Source: Eledone cirrhosa (taxonomy: Eukaryota). From it: 64,000 bases of DNA. The stretch is from positions 169,818,001 through 169,882,000 of the forward strand of contig OZ024740.1 in the NCBI GenBank assembly GCA_964016885.1. Reading direction: 5' to 3'. Numbering within the stretch: position 1 is the stretch's first letter; each line of letters begins with the position of its first letter. The position numbers and the translations under genes were made by a program. Positions 13,176 to 27,009 of the stretch are shown in pieces. A model generated the notes under the pieces. That model saw only the letters and a list, made by a program, of their open reading frames with translations. It made no database searches and was not told the DNA's origin.

Positions 13176-13506
13176 CTATTGGATAATGTGTAAGCGTTTT
13201 GACCTGCCCCATCAAAAGAATTGGTGGGAGCATCAACCACCTCCCATACTTGAAAAATATCACATCTCAATCTTGTGGAACTTTAGCATCCAAACAGGCC
13301 GAAAAATAGATGCAATACTGATATAATACTGAAGGACTTTAAAAAGTGGGTATGCCTGCTAATTGATATGTCCGTTCCAATAGACAACAATGTATCTATA
13401 AAAACATTTCAAAAATTGAGCAAGTATAAGCACCTGGAGATAGAAATTGGAAACATTTTGAAATTGAGAACTAAAACAATACCAGTGGTTGTAGGCGCTC
13501 TAGGAA
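13176..13506 (+). mobile_element. Internal fragment of the second RLE family
   Basis: Near-identical to about 9522-9855 (attggataatgtgtaagc...gtaggcgctctaggaa). Confidence 0.85.
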
Positions 13507-13539
13507 AATTTTTTAATCTATTTATTTTTTTATTTATTT

Positions 13540-15560
13540 ATGTTCGTCTACAGCGTGATGGTGCCACGCTAAAATCACCGGGGGTGATGAAATCACTGGG
13601 GGTGATGAAATCACCGGTAGTTATGTAACCATACATTCACCAATCCTCGATATGAGTGTTTAAATGTCGAAACTAAACAGTTCGAATAACGGTGAAGTGG
13701 AGACTGGAATGTCATGTGACAGACTCTCACCCAACAAGTGCTCCCTGGCCCAGCAGCAGGGACCTGGCTGTCATCCAAATATTGCTGGTGTTGGAGGAAA
13801 AAGAAGGAAAGGGACAACAACCAACTGGACAAAAGAATTGAATAGAACTGTTATGCAATGTTACCTGAAGAGTAACCCCATGGAAAAAGGCTATAGGAAA
13901 CGGATGCATAACAAATGGAACGAGATTGGTCTATTTAAATTAGATGAACAAAAATTGGCCGGGCAGGCTCGGATAATAAGATCTAATGAATGGATAAGCA
14001 AGTTGGAACTGGAGGAACTGAGCAGAGAGATTAAGTTGGAAATGAAAAGTGTAGTATGTCAGGCAAACGAGCCAGTGGGAAATGAAGGTGAAGAGGTTGA
14101 GAGACATGAGGAAGCATCCGAAGCAGACAATGATCTGAATGCTGAAATAAATAACATCTGGAACAAAGATACGGTCATTGAGGAAATGAATGCTGACGGG
14201 CTAGGACAAGATTTAGTTGATATCCTGAACTTAGTGGTAGATGAAATGAACAATGATAGTGGAAAACCTATGAACCTAAGATTTGTAGACAGGAAACAAT
14301 TAAAAGAAATAACAGCTAAGGTAAACAAAGTCATCCCATACCTTGAGGCGAGGAACCTTCACCAATGCAACAATATCCTCAAAGCAACTGCTAATGCGTT
14401 GAGGAAATTACTTGGCATAAAAATGAGAGGAAACAACAAACAAGAAAGATCAGAACCTTGGTGGAAGAAACGACTGAATGGTCAAATCAAGGAAATGAGA
14501 AAAGACATTGGAAAGAAATTTACTGAATGGGACATTACAAAACATAGACACTAAAGATAGATTGAAAATAAAATACAAAACTAGGGAAAAAAGGCTAAAT
14601 GTTATCATAGAGGAACTGAAGTAACGCATTGTAGCAAAAAGTGCAAAGATTAGGCGGTATGAGAACAGAGTCAGTCAGTATAGACAGAACCGCCGGTTTG
14701 ACAACAACCAGAAGATGTTGTTTGAACAGCTTGAAGGGAAAGAAAGAGGCAACTACGTGATCCCTGAGGCGAAAGAGACTAAGAAATCCTGGAGAGGAAT
14801 ATGGGAGCAGGATATGGAACATAATAGCCAGGCAGTGTGGATTGAGACAGTTGAAAAGGAGATTAGTGAACTAGTAGCACACCAACAACCTGATTTGAGT
14901 ATCACAGTTAAAACTCTTAAAGGGCAGGCCAAAAAACTAACCCACTGTAAATCACCAGGCGCAGACGGTGTGCAAGAGTATTCGATTAAAAATATAACAT
15001 CCCTCCACCCGAAACTGACAACCATGTTCAATGACTACTTGATGTCGGGTGAAGTACCAGAGTGGTTGACAAAAGGTACCACAGTTCTGGTAATGAAAGA
15101 CCGAATCAAGGGTCATGATGTTACCAACCATAGGCCTATCACATGTCTGTCCGTAGTGTGGAAACTGTTAACACGAATTGTATCTGTGGAAATCTACCAT
15201 CCCTCCACATAAACAACTTGTTACCGGATGAACAAAAAGGATACCGAAAGAAGTCCCGTGGTACAAAAGACTAGTTACTTATTGATAAGATGGTAATGAG
15301 GAATTGCAAGAGGAGGCACACTGGTCTTGCCATGGGATGGATAGATTACAAAAAGGCATTCGACATGGTACCTCATTCTTGGATAACCAAAAGCCTAGAG
15401 ATCTTCAAGGTGGCAGATAACATCAGACAGTTGTTGAGCAAAAGTATGAAGTCCTGGGAAACAGAGTTAACATCGCGTAGAAAATCCTTGGGAGGCGTGA
15501 AGATCAAAAGAGGTATCTTCCAGGGAGATAGTTTGTCCCCTCTGCTGTTTGTCCTTGAAT
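13540..15560 (+). mobile_element. R4/Dong-type element, 5' half (5' UTR, N-terminal domain, RT up to the QGD motif), degraded and 3'-truncated
   Basis: WTKELN..VMQCY..GYRKRM..W..EQKLAGQAR, PWWKKRL, KSPGADG, RPITCL, WIDYKKAFDMVPH, GIFQGDSLSPLLF. Confidence 0.88.
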
Positions 15561-15934
15561 AGGAGATGATTCCAATGCCCGACATATTATTTATTCTTGT
15601 TGACTCTAGCGGATTATACTCTAGTCATGTTTTCAGTTTGTAGATACTTTTTCCATTCCCTCCTACTAAATGATATAGTGAACTGTCCTTTCAACCTGAG
15701 TAAGTAATAATAAAGCTCTGAAAGAAATAGATGTGTCTCATTTCGACGAAAGAGGGAAAATGCACAGTTTAAATGTATCTATATTTGGCAACAAGGCTAA
15801 GATCACATGTTCAAAGGTTTACTTTAAGTCCACTGCTCACGGCTTTCCTATGTTTGCATTTGTGCGCGTATGTTTGGGCGTAGGTGTAGTTGTACAATTT
15901 ATAGAGACGTATATATATAAATATATATATACAC

Positions 15935-15992
<58 letters not shown>

Positions 15993-16115
15993 ATAATAAT
16001 AATAACAACAGTAATAATAAATGCGAAGACTAAATTCCGAAGAGGGCTCGATAAGGATTATATATATATAATATATATATATATATAAACCCGTAGAGCA
16101 AATATTTATGATAAG

Positions 16116-16171
16116 AACAGATTAATGTTTAAACAAAGAATCACTGCTTTCACATTTACCGGGATCTTCAG
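16116..16171 (-). ncRNA. Type I hammerhead ribozyme remnant (family B), 5'-truncated
   Basis: Minus strand CTGAAGA-tcccggtaaatgt-GAAA-gca..tgt-TT-aaac; homologous to 39566-39641; stem II damaged. Confidence 0.5.
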
Positions 16172-17534
16172 AGAGAGAGAGTGAGGGAGAGAGAGAGGGT
16201 GATGGAGAGAAAGAGAGAGAAACAGATAAATAGATATGTAATGTATATTAAAGTTCATACACTTAACATATATTCACGACCTTAGGTTACGGGGATTTGT
16301 TATGTCTACCATTGTATAGTGGAGTAGCCTTTCTAAATCTGGTCTCCCTCGTCACGGACAAATTTAAAGAAATAACTTTACTTTACGATTAAGCTTCATA
16401 GTTTGTAAAGAGTTTCACTCAAAAACAAAGGGGATAACTAGAAACTTCAGGAAATTGTATTACACAACTATATGTACAACGAGGGGCTCATGTATTTAGA
16501 CTTGAATCAAATTGTATGTATAGTATATGCGTAATTTAAGTTAAATATTTTTTTAAAGAGCTTAAAGAAACCTGTTACAGGAGTAGCTACAACTGGAACT
16601 CGAAACCTATGGTCGCGCATATAGTTTAAGTATATGAACTTCAATATATAAAGTAAATAAGCTCCCTTGAACTAGATTGAGCATTTTTACTTTGCCTTCT
16701 ATCTAAGTATATTCTGCAGACACACACACACACACACACACATGCACACACATATGTATGTATATACGTATGTATGTATGTATGTATGTATGTATGTATG
16801 TATGTATGTATGGATGGATGGATGCATGTATGTATGCATGTATGAATGAATGTATGCATACGTGGGTGTGTTTACGATAGTATTAATGTAGGTGTGTATA
16901 TGCGCATGCGTGCGCATGGTTATATACCAAAATCTTGAGGCGTATCTGTGAATCCCATATATATAATGTGTGTTAATCTACAAATAGTCAATGATTGATT
17001 ATAAATGAGACCATATATATTTAGCGATATCCCAGGGCGGAATTTCTCATTTCAAACTAAAATCCCAGACATATATCATTGCTTTGATAATCTCAATCTT
17101 CTCTATATTATGGTTGAATAATAATAGATACCTTAAATAATATACTCATATCCTCTCTTTCGGCAAAGATTTGTTGATAACAGAATAAATAATGGCGTTA
17201 ATTTTATCAATAGAGATGTGATATATAGTAGAATGCAAAACATATCTCAATGTAACTCCAACTAAACTAACTACCGTGTGTTCCATCTGTATTTACACGA
17301 TGGTCCACCTTTAGGATACACAGAAAACTGTGTTTTAACTCCAATATTGATCGTATCCATATTATCGTTTTACAAGTTATTAGTCTCTCTCTCACACTCT
17401 TTCTCTCTTTCTCTTTCTCTGTCACCCCCCCCCCCCCCCTTCTCTCTCTCTCTAAATATATATATATACACACATACCACCCACCATTATATATATACAT
17501 ACACATCCCACCAATTTATATATATATATATATA

Positions 17535-17767
<233 letters not shown>

Positions 17768-18149
17768 CGTGTGTATGTGGGTGTATGTGTGTGTATGTGT
17801 GTGTGTGTGTACGAGTGTATGTGTACCTCTGTGTGTGTGTGTGCGCGCGCGTTCCAGCGTGTACGTGTGTCGATACACGTTGCAGTGAATACCTACTGAG
17901 CATAGATATTCATTAAATAGTGTTCAATATTTTTCACTCAAGCTATTATCTAAAGCTATATTACCACTTCATTTAATACATTGAAGTATTCTGCCAATGA
18001 ATATGAGACACACAAAATCTCTCTCTTACATCCATCACACATATATACACACATATACGTTCACAATCTTACTACAATACATATACTTGTGCTTAGGCGG
18101 TGGTATATGTATTGTGATGAGATTGTGTATGCGTGTATATATATATGAG

Positions 18150-18164
18150 TGAGATAGATAGATT

Positions 18165-18225
<61 letters not shown>

Positions 18226-18229
18226 GTAA

Positions 18230-18264
<35 letters not shown>

Positions 18265-18265
18265 T
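18150..18265. repeat. (GATA)n/(GACA)n microsatellite
   Basis: Directly visible. Confidence 0.95.
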
Positions 18266-19646
18266 ACAGAAAGGTAGGTAGGTATGCAGTATTAGATAGT
18301 CTGTTGCAAATATGAAACGAGGCATATACTAATAAAAAACTATTGTATGTGTATTATAGAAAGAAATATAGGATTGAGGTACACGGAGATATTTAAAAGC
18401 AACAACACCATACATCTAAAGCCACCCAAGCCCATGTCAAATTACAGGTACTGAAACAGATTTCTAAGCTGTCAATTTGCACACCATATGAGGAGTAAAG
18501 ACGACTTGGTACTGTTGTTAGAACGTCGGTAAATGCTTTTCGTCTTTCGTTCCGTATCTCTGCGCTCTGAGTTCAAAGCTACCGAGGTAGACTTGACTTT
18601 CAGCCTTCGGTGGACGAAAAAAAAAAACAGTGCAGTACTGAGGTCGATTTGTTCTGTTATCTGTTTTTCACCTCCTCGTTTCCACTGCTTTCTTCTCTGT
18701 AAAGAATTGGCTGTGCTCAGACCAGGAGAGGCGATTGGTTCCGTCATATTTAAAATGCACTACAGCGCCCCTACGATACGATCAGAAGTTACGCGTCAAT
18801 ACGTATAGACAATATTCAATAATATTGATTTTTGCAGCAGGCTCTTCAAACGGATATAACATTTCTTGGTCAACAGACCATACGTCAAATAAATTTACTT
18901 AAACATACACAAAATGACACAAATATATGTAACTGAGTTAGGCTGCTTAGAGTTTTTCCATGAGCACGCAGTGACTGATGGGGTCGTAAATGCACTGTAG
19001 TAATATTCGAGCCTAGTCATTTAAACCTGGAGGTTGTCACCCCTATCCTTGTCTGATCACCGTCGATTTATTCCTAAGAGTTAGATTTATAGAAACTTTG
19101 ATAGAGGGACAAAGAAACAAAAAAGGAGAGGGAGAGAGAGACCAGGAGAGTGTGATAGAAAAGTAACTCCCATATTTAACTATTATTTATTGACACTGAA
19201 ATGATGAACGGCAAATTTGATCTCGTTGGGATTTGAAATCAAAGCAGAATCGAACATAACTTTTCAATTTTCCATCCTAGCGCACACATTATAGCTGATT
19301 GGTTATTAACAATCGACCTTTCGATTGTTATCCCTATAGCTTATTTTCTCATATTTTGCACTGCAGCCCTACTGTGAAAATAGTACATAACCTTCATAAT
19401 GTTGTTGTTGTTTTTTTGTATTTTTATGTTCAGGTAACAATTGCAATGTCAACCACTGGATAATCCACTCCTTTCGGTTGAAATTAGTTTAAAATTTCGG
19501 TAGAAAAATCAAAACGATTAATTTCCCACAATGTATCAAATCTACGCTGATGTTGGATGAACGAATTTTTTTTTCATTCATTTCCAAACCAAATCTATCT
19601 GATGTCTATTAAAAAGTATTCTACAGGTTATGAAATAAAAAAAATA

Positions 19647-19812
19647 ATTGTTTCTACTTTAGACACAAGGCCAGCAATTACCCAGTGCATTACTGGTACT
19701 TTATTTTATCGACCCCGAAGGATGAAAGGCAAAGTCAACCTCGGCTGGATTTGAACTCAGATCGTAAAGGGACGTAACTATGCTGGAAAGCATGGCGTCC
19801 GACCCTCCACTG
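19647..19812 (-). mobile_element. SINE copy, slightly 5'-truncated
   Basis: Same family; A-rich direct repeat ataaaaaaataat on both sides. Confidence 0.85.
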
Positions 19813-20164
19813 ATAAAAAAATAATACGAAGAAAAATGCCATTGAGAGTTTTAGTACGATATTCGTATTAGGTTTTCCTACTTTGAACGAATGAGTGCAT
19901 ATCTGAAAGTGTTTCCAATGAATAAGAAAGTGAGTGAGTCAATAGTGAAAGAAAGAATAAGAGATCAGAAGTTAATTGTATTGTATAGTATGTTCCAGCA
20001 AATGTTTGATTATACTACCTTTATTGGTTGTTATAGTTTATTTCTTGCCTGAACCATTGATTTATGTATTTATTCTTCCCACACTCGAATTTGGCAATCC
20101 ATTAGGAAGATTTAAACTTAACCTACATTTCTATCTATCTACTTATTTCTGTATATATATATAT

Positions 20165-21095
20165 CAGGAAAAATGCAACTGGAGTCTATTTTAGAGTATT
20201 TATTTGGTTCCATTTTCGGTTTCGCAGTTCTTATGCTTTTCAAAAGTAGAATTGAGATGGAGGTTTTGTGGTTTATGTCGCATCTGGTTGGTGTTCGAAT
20301 GTTACTTCTGTTTCATGTGGAAAAAGTGGCTCGAAATGCTGGGTTTTTTTAGAAAAGTAATTTGGTTTGGTTGATGACTGTCACGTGAATAAGCACATCA
20401 ACTTTCGCGCCAGTTCGTCTTGGAGTTTCTTTTCACTTAAAAAAGTGGCTCAACAATTTTTTTTTATAATTGTAATTTGATTGGTTATGACAGTCACGTG
20501 AATAAGTACATTCAATTTCGCGCCCGTATTTGGGAATGTTTTGGGAGTTATGTTTGTGTGTGTATGGGTGTTATATGTGTGTGTGTGGGGGAGTATGGTT
20601 AGCATGTTAAGATGGAGAGAATATATATTTGTGAGTGTGTGTGTGTTTGTGTAGGAAAATGATTCCGTTAGTAGAAATGGCGGAGGGAGTCATGTGTGTG
20701 GGTGGCGAGGTGGGGTGGGGTTAGCATGTTAAGTTGTTAGAGTATTAACGTATGTTAAGGTTTATTTAGCTCTGGTTTTTATTTTCGAATATAGGTGTTA
20801 TGTGTGTAAAAACCAGATCTAAATAAACCTTAACATACATTAATACTCTAACACATTAACATGCTAACCATACCCCTCCCCCCCACACATAACTCCTTCC
20901 CCCATTTCTACTAACGGAATCATTTTTCTACACACACACACAAATATATATATTTGCGCTGACAATACAACAGAACAAATACGAATAAATAAGGAAAATA
21001 TGTTTATTCAAAAATATAGACTAGCATTAAATATAGTTTAATATACATTATGTTAGCACCTAACATGCTAACCATCCAAACAGACACACACACAG

Positions 21096-21126
<31 letters not shown>

Positions 21127-22164
21127 ACACCTTCTATATTCGAAAATAAAAACCAGAGCTAAATAAACCTTAATATATGTTAATACTCTAACACCTTAAC
21201 ATGCTAATCACACTCCCCACACACACATAACTCCATCCCCTATTTCTATTAACGGAATCATTTTCCTACACACACACATAAATATATATTCTCTCCATCT
21301 TAACATGCTAACCATACCCGCCTCCCACACACACACACATAACTCCCTCCCACATTTCTACTAATAGAATCATTTTCCTACGCACACACATACACGCACA
21401 TACACACACACCAGCACACAAATAAAAATACATATCTCTACTTTCTTTATTTCAATAGAAAGTCTGAATTTTGACACCTCAGCACATCAGCCATACTCAC
21501 TGAACCAGAACAATTCTCCCCATCCCTTTTTTCTTGGCCATTATCTTTTGTTTGGCACAGAATTCTCTAAATGGCTACAAAAAAATTCCAAAATACGGGC
21601 GCGAAATTTAATGTACTTACTCACGTGACGACCATAACGAATCAAATTACATTTATAAAAAAAAATTTTTGAGCCACTTTTTTAAGTGAAAAGAAACTCA
21701 AACACGAACTGGCGCGAAAGGTGATGTGCTTATTCACGTGACTGCATCAACTAACAAAATTTCACTCATATATGAAAAATCAATCTGAGTCCACCCCCCC
21801 TCCCTTTTTTTAAAGGCACCTATAATAAGAACTTTATAACGCGAACTGGCGCGAAATCTCTTATACTTATTCACGTGACAGTCATCAACCAACCAAATTA
21901 CTTTTCTAAAAAAAACTAGCATTTCGAGCCACTTTTTTCCACATAAAACAGAAGTAACATTCGAACACCAATCAGATGCGAGAAAAACCACAAACCCTCC
22001 ATCTCAATTCTACTTTTAAAAAGCATAAAACTGCGAAACCGGTAAAAGAACTAAATAAATACTCTTAAAAAGACTCCAGTTGCATTTTCGATTTCATCTC
22101 TTTTCCTTATATTTTCACTCATCTAGGACATCTCGTTTCTTTTCATTTTGGGAAAAAAAACCTC

Positions 22165-22172
<8 letters not shown>
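20165..22172. mobile_element. 2-kb non-coding fold-back element in (TA)n with internal tandem modules
   Basis: 20167-20540 is the inverse of about 21575-22090; turn near 20780-20810; repeated aacatgctaacc modules; same family as 61231-61582. Confidence 0.8.
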
Positions 22173-22231
<59 letters not shown>

Positions 22232-22964
22232 GCAAAAAAATCTTGCTTTGGGTTTCTGTTCGAATATTATTGCATTAGGTTTTCCTAGCGTTTTCCTGCA
22301 TTCATATTTTTTCTAAGTAAAGGCACATTTCAGTAATAAAGATATATTTGTATCCTCACAAATCTCATTGGAATAGGATATAAAAGCTGAAGCAGAAAAT
22401 TAACTAATACATCAACGGTGTTCTAAGTCACTCATATATATATATACATATATATATATATATGTATATATACTTACGGTACACACTGATGCAATTCAAT
22501 TCAAGCACTCGACGTATTTTTTCCACATAGGAAAAACGGAGTATATTTAGAATAGGAAAATTCGAAGTAGTTTCAGATGTTAAAATCTTTTATTGATAAT
22601 GCTGTGATACATATTTAAATGACCACAGTAGCCACACGATTCCGTGTACCCAGTGCCATGACATCATTAGACAGCTTCTTATATAGTAAGGTTACGTTCC
22701 CGAGGCAATCCATTTTCCTATTATATATATATATATATATTATGGCCAATATGTGTTTATTCCACCAGTGTACTAATATAGTTCCTCATCTTTCTACTTG
22801 ACCCTCTTCACTTTACTTTCTATGATATGTAAAATGATATCATATCTATCATCAACATCATCATTACATTAGTTGAAGTACATCGACAAATATCATTACT
22901 ACCGCCTTTATTACCATTTCATTTCTGCACTAAATAATAATTATTATATTAATAATAATATTAA

Positions 22965-23415
22965 TATGGGATTTTAGGATACAGACGGACAAGAAATTAG
23001 AACACAATAGGCCTGACCTGGTGGTTTTGGACAAGGAAAAAAGATCGTGCCTGGTTGTAGATGTAGCCTACCCATTTGATACGAGAGTGCAACAAAAGGA
23101 GAAGGAGACAATTAACCGATACCAGGACTTAAAGTGGGAGTTAAAAAGGATTTGGAACTGCCATGAAATCAAGGTCGTCCCGATTGTCATAGGCGCACTA
23201 GGTACTATCTCAAAGAGTTTCCAAGGATGGTTAAAGAAGATTAGTCCAGCCCCGCTTTTTGGAACACTTCAAAAGGCATGCTTGCTGGGAACAGCAAGAA
23301 CCCTCCGATACGTCCTGAATATCTGAGGCTGCAGGTAGTGGCTTGATATTCATTTCAACAAACCTTCTAGTTACATAACATCAATGACTGAGACTCAAAG
23401 AACAATAATAATAAT
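22965..23415 (+). mobile_element. R4/Dong-type RLE 3' fragment (same family as 7693-8960)
   Basis: Near-identical to about 8530-8960; intact C-terminus LQKACLLGTARTLRYVL; flanked by TAA repeats. Confidence 0.9.
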
Positions 23416-23663
23416 TCAGCATCAGCAATCACATCATCACCATCACCATCTTCTTGTTTCTTTTCTTCATCTTGTTGTGGCTTTCTCAACGGAAGATTAA
23501 TGCCGCTATTCGAGACTTTAGAATTGACTTAAGGTTTTAAACTTCTCTGAGGAACTTGGCCCCGAGAACTGTGCTTCAGGCAAAGTTTGAGAGATCAATT
23601 TACATTCCATTCGAAATATGGTTTCCACGTTGAAAATGTTACTGCATCGGAAGCTCTCCATTT

Positions 23664-23664
23664 T

Positions 23665-23723
<59 letters not shown>

Positions 23724-23855
23724 CGCTGTTGTTGTTGTGGTTGTTCTGGTTGTTGTTGTTGTTCTTCTTTTTCGACAACTTCATTTTGATATTCCTCCTC
23801 CTCCTCCTCATCCTCCTCCTCATCCTCATCATCATCATCATCATCATCCTCATCG
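23664..23855. repeat. Compound trinucleotide repeat (TAG)n-(GTT)n-(CCT)n-(CAT)n
   Basis: Directly visible. Confidence 0.9.
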
Positions 23856-24426
23856 TGTTAATCATCCACCTTTACCAACATCACCACCTATCAACGACAT
23901 CAGTCATCATCACGCGCAATAGAAAAGCGATAATCTTATTTCCCTGTTCTGGGTTCGATAAATTTTATGTTTAATTCTTTTTATTTATTTATTTTTAAAT
24001 CAAGCTACGCTTTATATCCTAATTACTTATCCACTTATTTTCAAAAGAAATGAGAAATTCTCAACAGACGTAGTTTTATTATAAACTAAAGAGGTTGGCA
24101 ACAATTGAAGAATGGCAACTATTCCAGAGAAAATGAATTCCGCTATTCAATAGTGTGGTAATTTGTTGGAACTGGCGGCAAAATTGGACATTGTTAACAA
24201 CTTGAATGTATACAAATGATGTTAAAAATTGCTATACAAATAGATACAAATCTATTTTAGTTGTAACTATTAAGCATGAATACGTATGTATTACGTATGT
24301 ATGTGTTGATAAAATAGACGAAAGCATAGCTGGGTGGTAATGAAGATCATTTCCAAATTATGAGTTCCTGGGTTCGATCCGCACGGTGCGGTATCTTCCT
24401 AAAGTAACATTCAAAATGCCAAGCTG

Positions 24427-24638
24427 GTGAAAATATATGCTATTTTCTAAAATACACAGTGACTGATCGGCCTTATCTGCATGTTAGCAGACTGGCTGAT
24501 CAGTCAGATTTGCATATTAGCAGACTGGCCAGTCAGTTTCCTGTATACCAGCGATAAATGACTGATAAGCCAGTCTGCTAATATGCAAATCAGGCCAATC
24601 AGTCACTGTATATTTTAGAAAATAGCATATATTTTCAC
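24427..24638. mobile_element. MITE-like inverted-repeat element
   Basis: gtgaaaatatatgctattttctaaaatacacagtgactgat.. is inverted at ..atcagtcactgtatattttagaaaatagcatatattttcac; about 80-bp arms. Confidence 0.7.
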
Positions 24639-25811
24639 TTGCTCTGACAGTTGGCAGGTGAACAGTGAGCTTTACTGATGAAGGGTGATACACAGAAACA
24701 TTAGTGTCTGCAGTTCTGTTTACATACCAACACAAGAGCAAGAATGAAGGGTTCATTCTACTGACATGGCTTTAAAAATGAGGCTTGTTTGCATAATTGC
24801 AAACGAATCGAATGTTATTATTAATATTTGAAAAACTCAGAGTACATTTATTGTATTCAGCCATGTAGAGCAAAATTATTTTTCTTTTTATTATATATAT
24901 ATATAAGAAAGAAACGAGGTCTTCCTCGTTTTTTTTTTCGAATATATATACTCTGCCTGTTCATAGAGTTCTTGCTTTGGTACCAACACCAGTAATTCAT
25001 TGAATCACCTACACTGTATAGATATATAGATATATTCTGTGATTCTGTAGATTTGTGTTTTATTGAGAAAGGTACCAATATTAGCAATCTATGCTATACC
25101 AGAGTGTATATATTAAGAACAAAACGAGGTTTCACATTGAGGTATATATTGAATAGGGTCAGTTACGACGGATGACTAGGATCCATATTAATGTTAAAGA
25201 CTTTAGAAAACAGAAACACAATACGGTAGTGCTTGAAGACGTTATTTTAAGGTAAGCGAAATGTATGCAAGAAGAAATGTCATTAGGTGAAGCGGGAAGA
25301 ACAAATGCCTGCTAGGAAAAAATCAGGAGACGCATATTGTTTTAGAATAACTGAATAATTTCCAGCTACAATATATGGAAAATGATATTAATAGTAGTAA
25401 TATGATTAAACATAAAGATACTGAAAGCATTAACAATTTTAATAATGCTTTCTATTATAGGCAAAAGGCCAGGAATTTTTTTTTTTGTGTGTGTGTGTAG
25501 GGGGGGGGGATTAAATTGTCCCTAGTGTGTTACTGGTACTTTATTTCATCTGTTGAGGAAAAGCGTTTATGACATCTCTCGAAGAGCCTGTGAATTCCAA
25601 GGGGTCATACGCATACTTTACACAGCAGCACTAAAATATATACGTATGAATATATACAGTATTTGGTGTGTAATTTTTATGTTCCGGTTACGTCCTTATA
25701 GAGGTCGATAGAAAATAAGTATGAGACAAAAATCAGATATCGATATAAAACTCTTCAAAACACTTCTCCACCATGGCTACAGTCCACTGACTGAAACCAT
25801 TAACAGCAAGA

Positions 25812-25893
<82 letters not shown>

Positions 25894-26862
25894 CGTTTCT
25901 GAATTTGTTTAGCAAGATTCTTTATCTGAAATCGTGTGTTGAAACCGATATTGTTATACACACACACATATATATATTTACACACACTTCGATTTTTGTA
26001 TTTGTTTTACAAGTCTTGAAACAAATATGCATACATCATACATATAGCGAAACATGTATACATACATATATACATACATGCACACATACATATGCATATG
26101 TGTGTGTGGGCGCGTGTGTGTAAGTATGTTTTTATTTCTGTTTGTGTGCGCGTATATGTGTATTTATCTATGTATGTGCGCATATATTTTCAGGTTTCTA
26201 AGATGATATGTAATAGAAGTACAATAGAAAAAAACAAGCAAGCATTAAACTAGAAACATATAAACCATGCATATTACACAAACACACATGCGCTTCCCTT
26301 ATCCCACACAACAACAATAACAATTATTTTACCTGTTAAGACATATCAAACAAGACCCTTATTACAAAGAAGTTTCAATGAATTGAGTTGAATTTCCTGT
26401 CCACTGGATCGTATCAAAGAAGTTTGATAAGAAGACAAAATATATTTTCTATTGTTCTTTGATTTCATCCCATTTCTTTTTATTCAATTCAATAGAATAA
26501 TTATGAGAACGAACACATTTACTCCACACACCGTAACTGTGCTACAAACTATATCAAAAGATTTCACTATACACAGTCAAATATGCAGATATATCTGATT
26601 TACACAGCGTCAATCTGAGACGAAGCATTGCCAAGGAGCAAAATTAATACATACATTGAGAGAGACATAGAGACAGCTGTAATCATTCCTGATTTACAAA
26701 CATAAACATACACATGGAAGCAAGCATAGTAACTTGCTCTAACATACATATATTATATAGCTTCTGTTATGTACACAAACACCGTCACATGCATACAGAC
26801 TCACTAGCACACATTACACGCACATAAATATATGTATAAAATAGAATCCATATAATATAAGC

Positions 26863-26899
<37 letters not shown>

Positions 26900-26915
26900 T
26901 ACACATATATATATA

Positions 26916-27009
<94 letters not shown>

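Noticed and set aside
13625-13700. HDV-like ribozyme in the R4 leader (ttcacc/ggtgaa with tcctcg)
   Set aside because: Could not form P1, P3 and P1.1 consistently
23518-23974. Poly-Y/V/H/M ORFs
   Set aside because: Compound trinucleotide repeats with no splice or domain support
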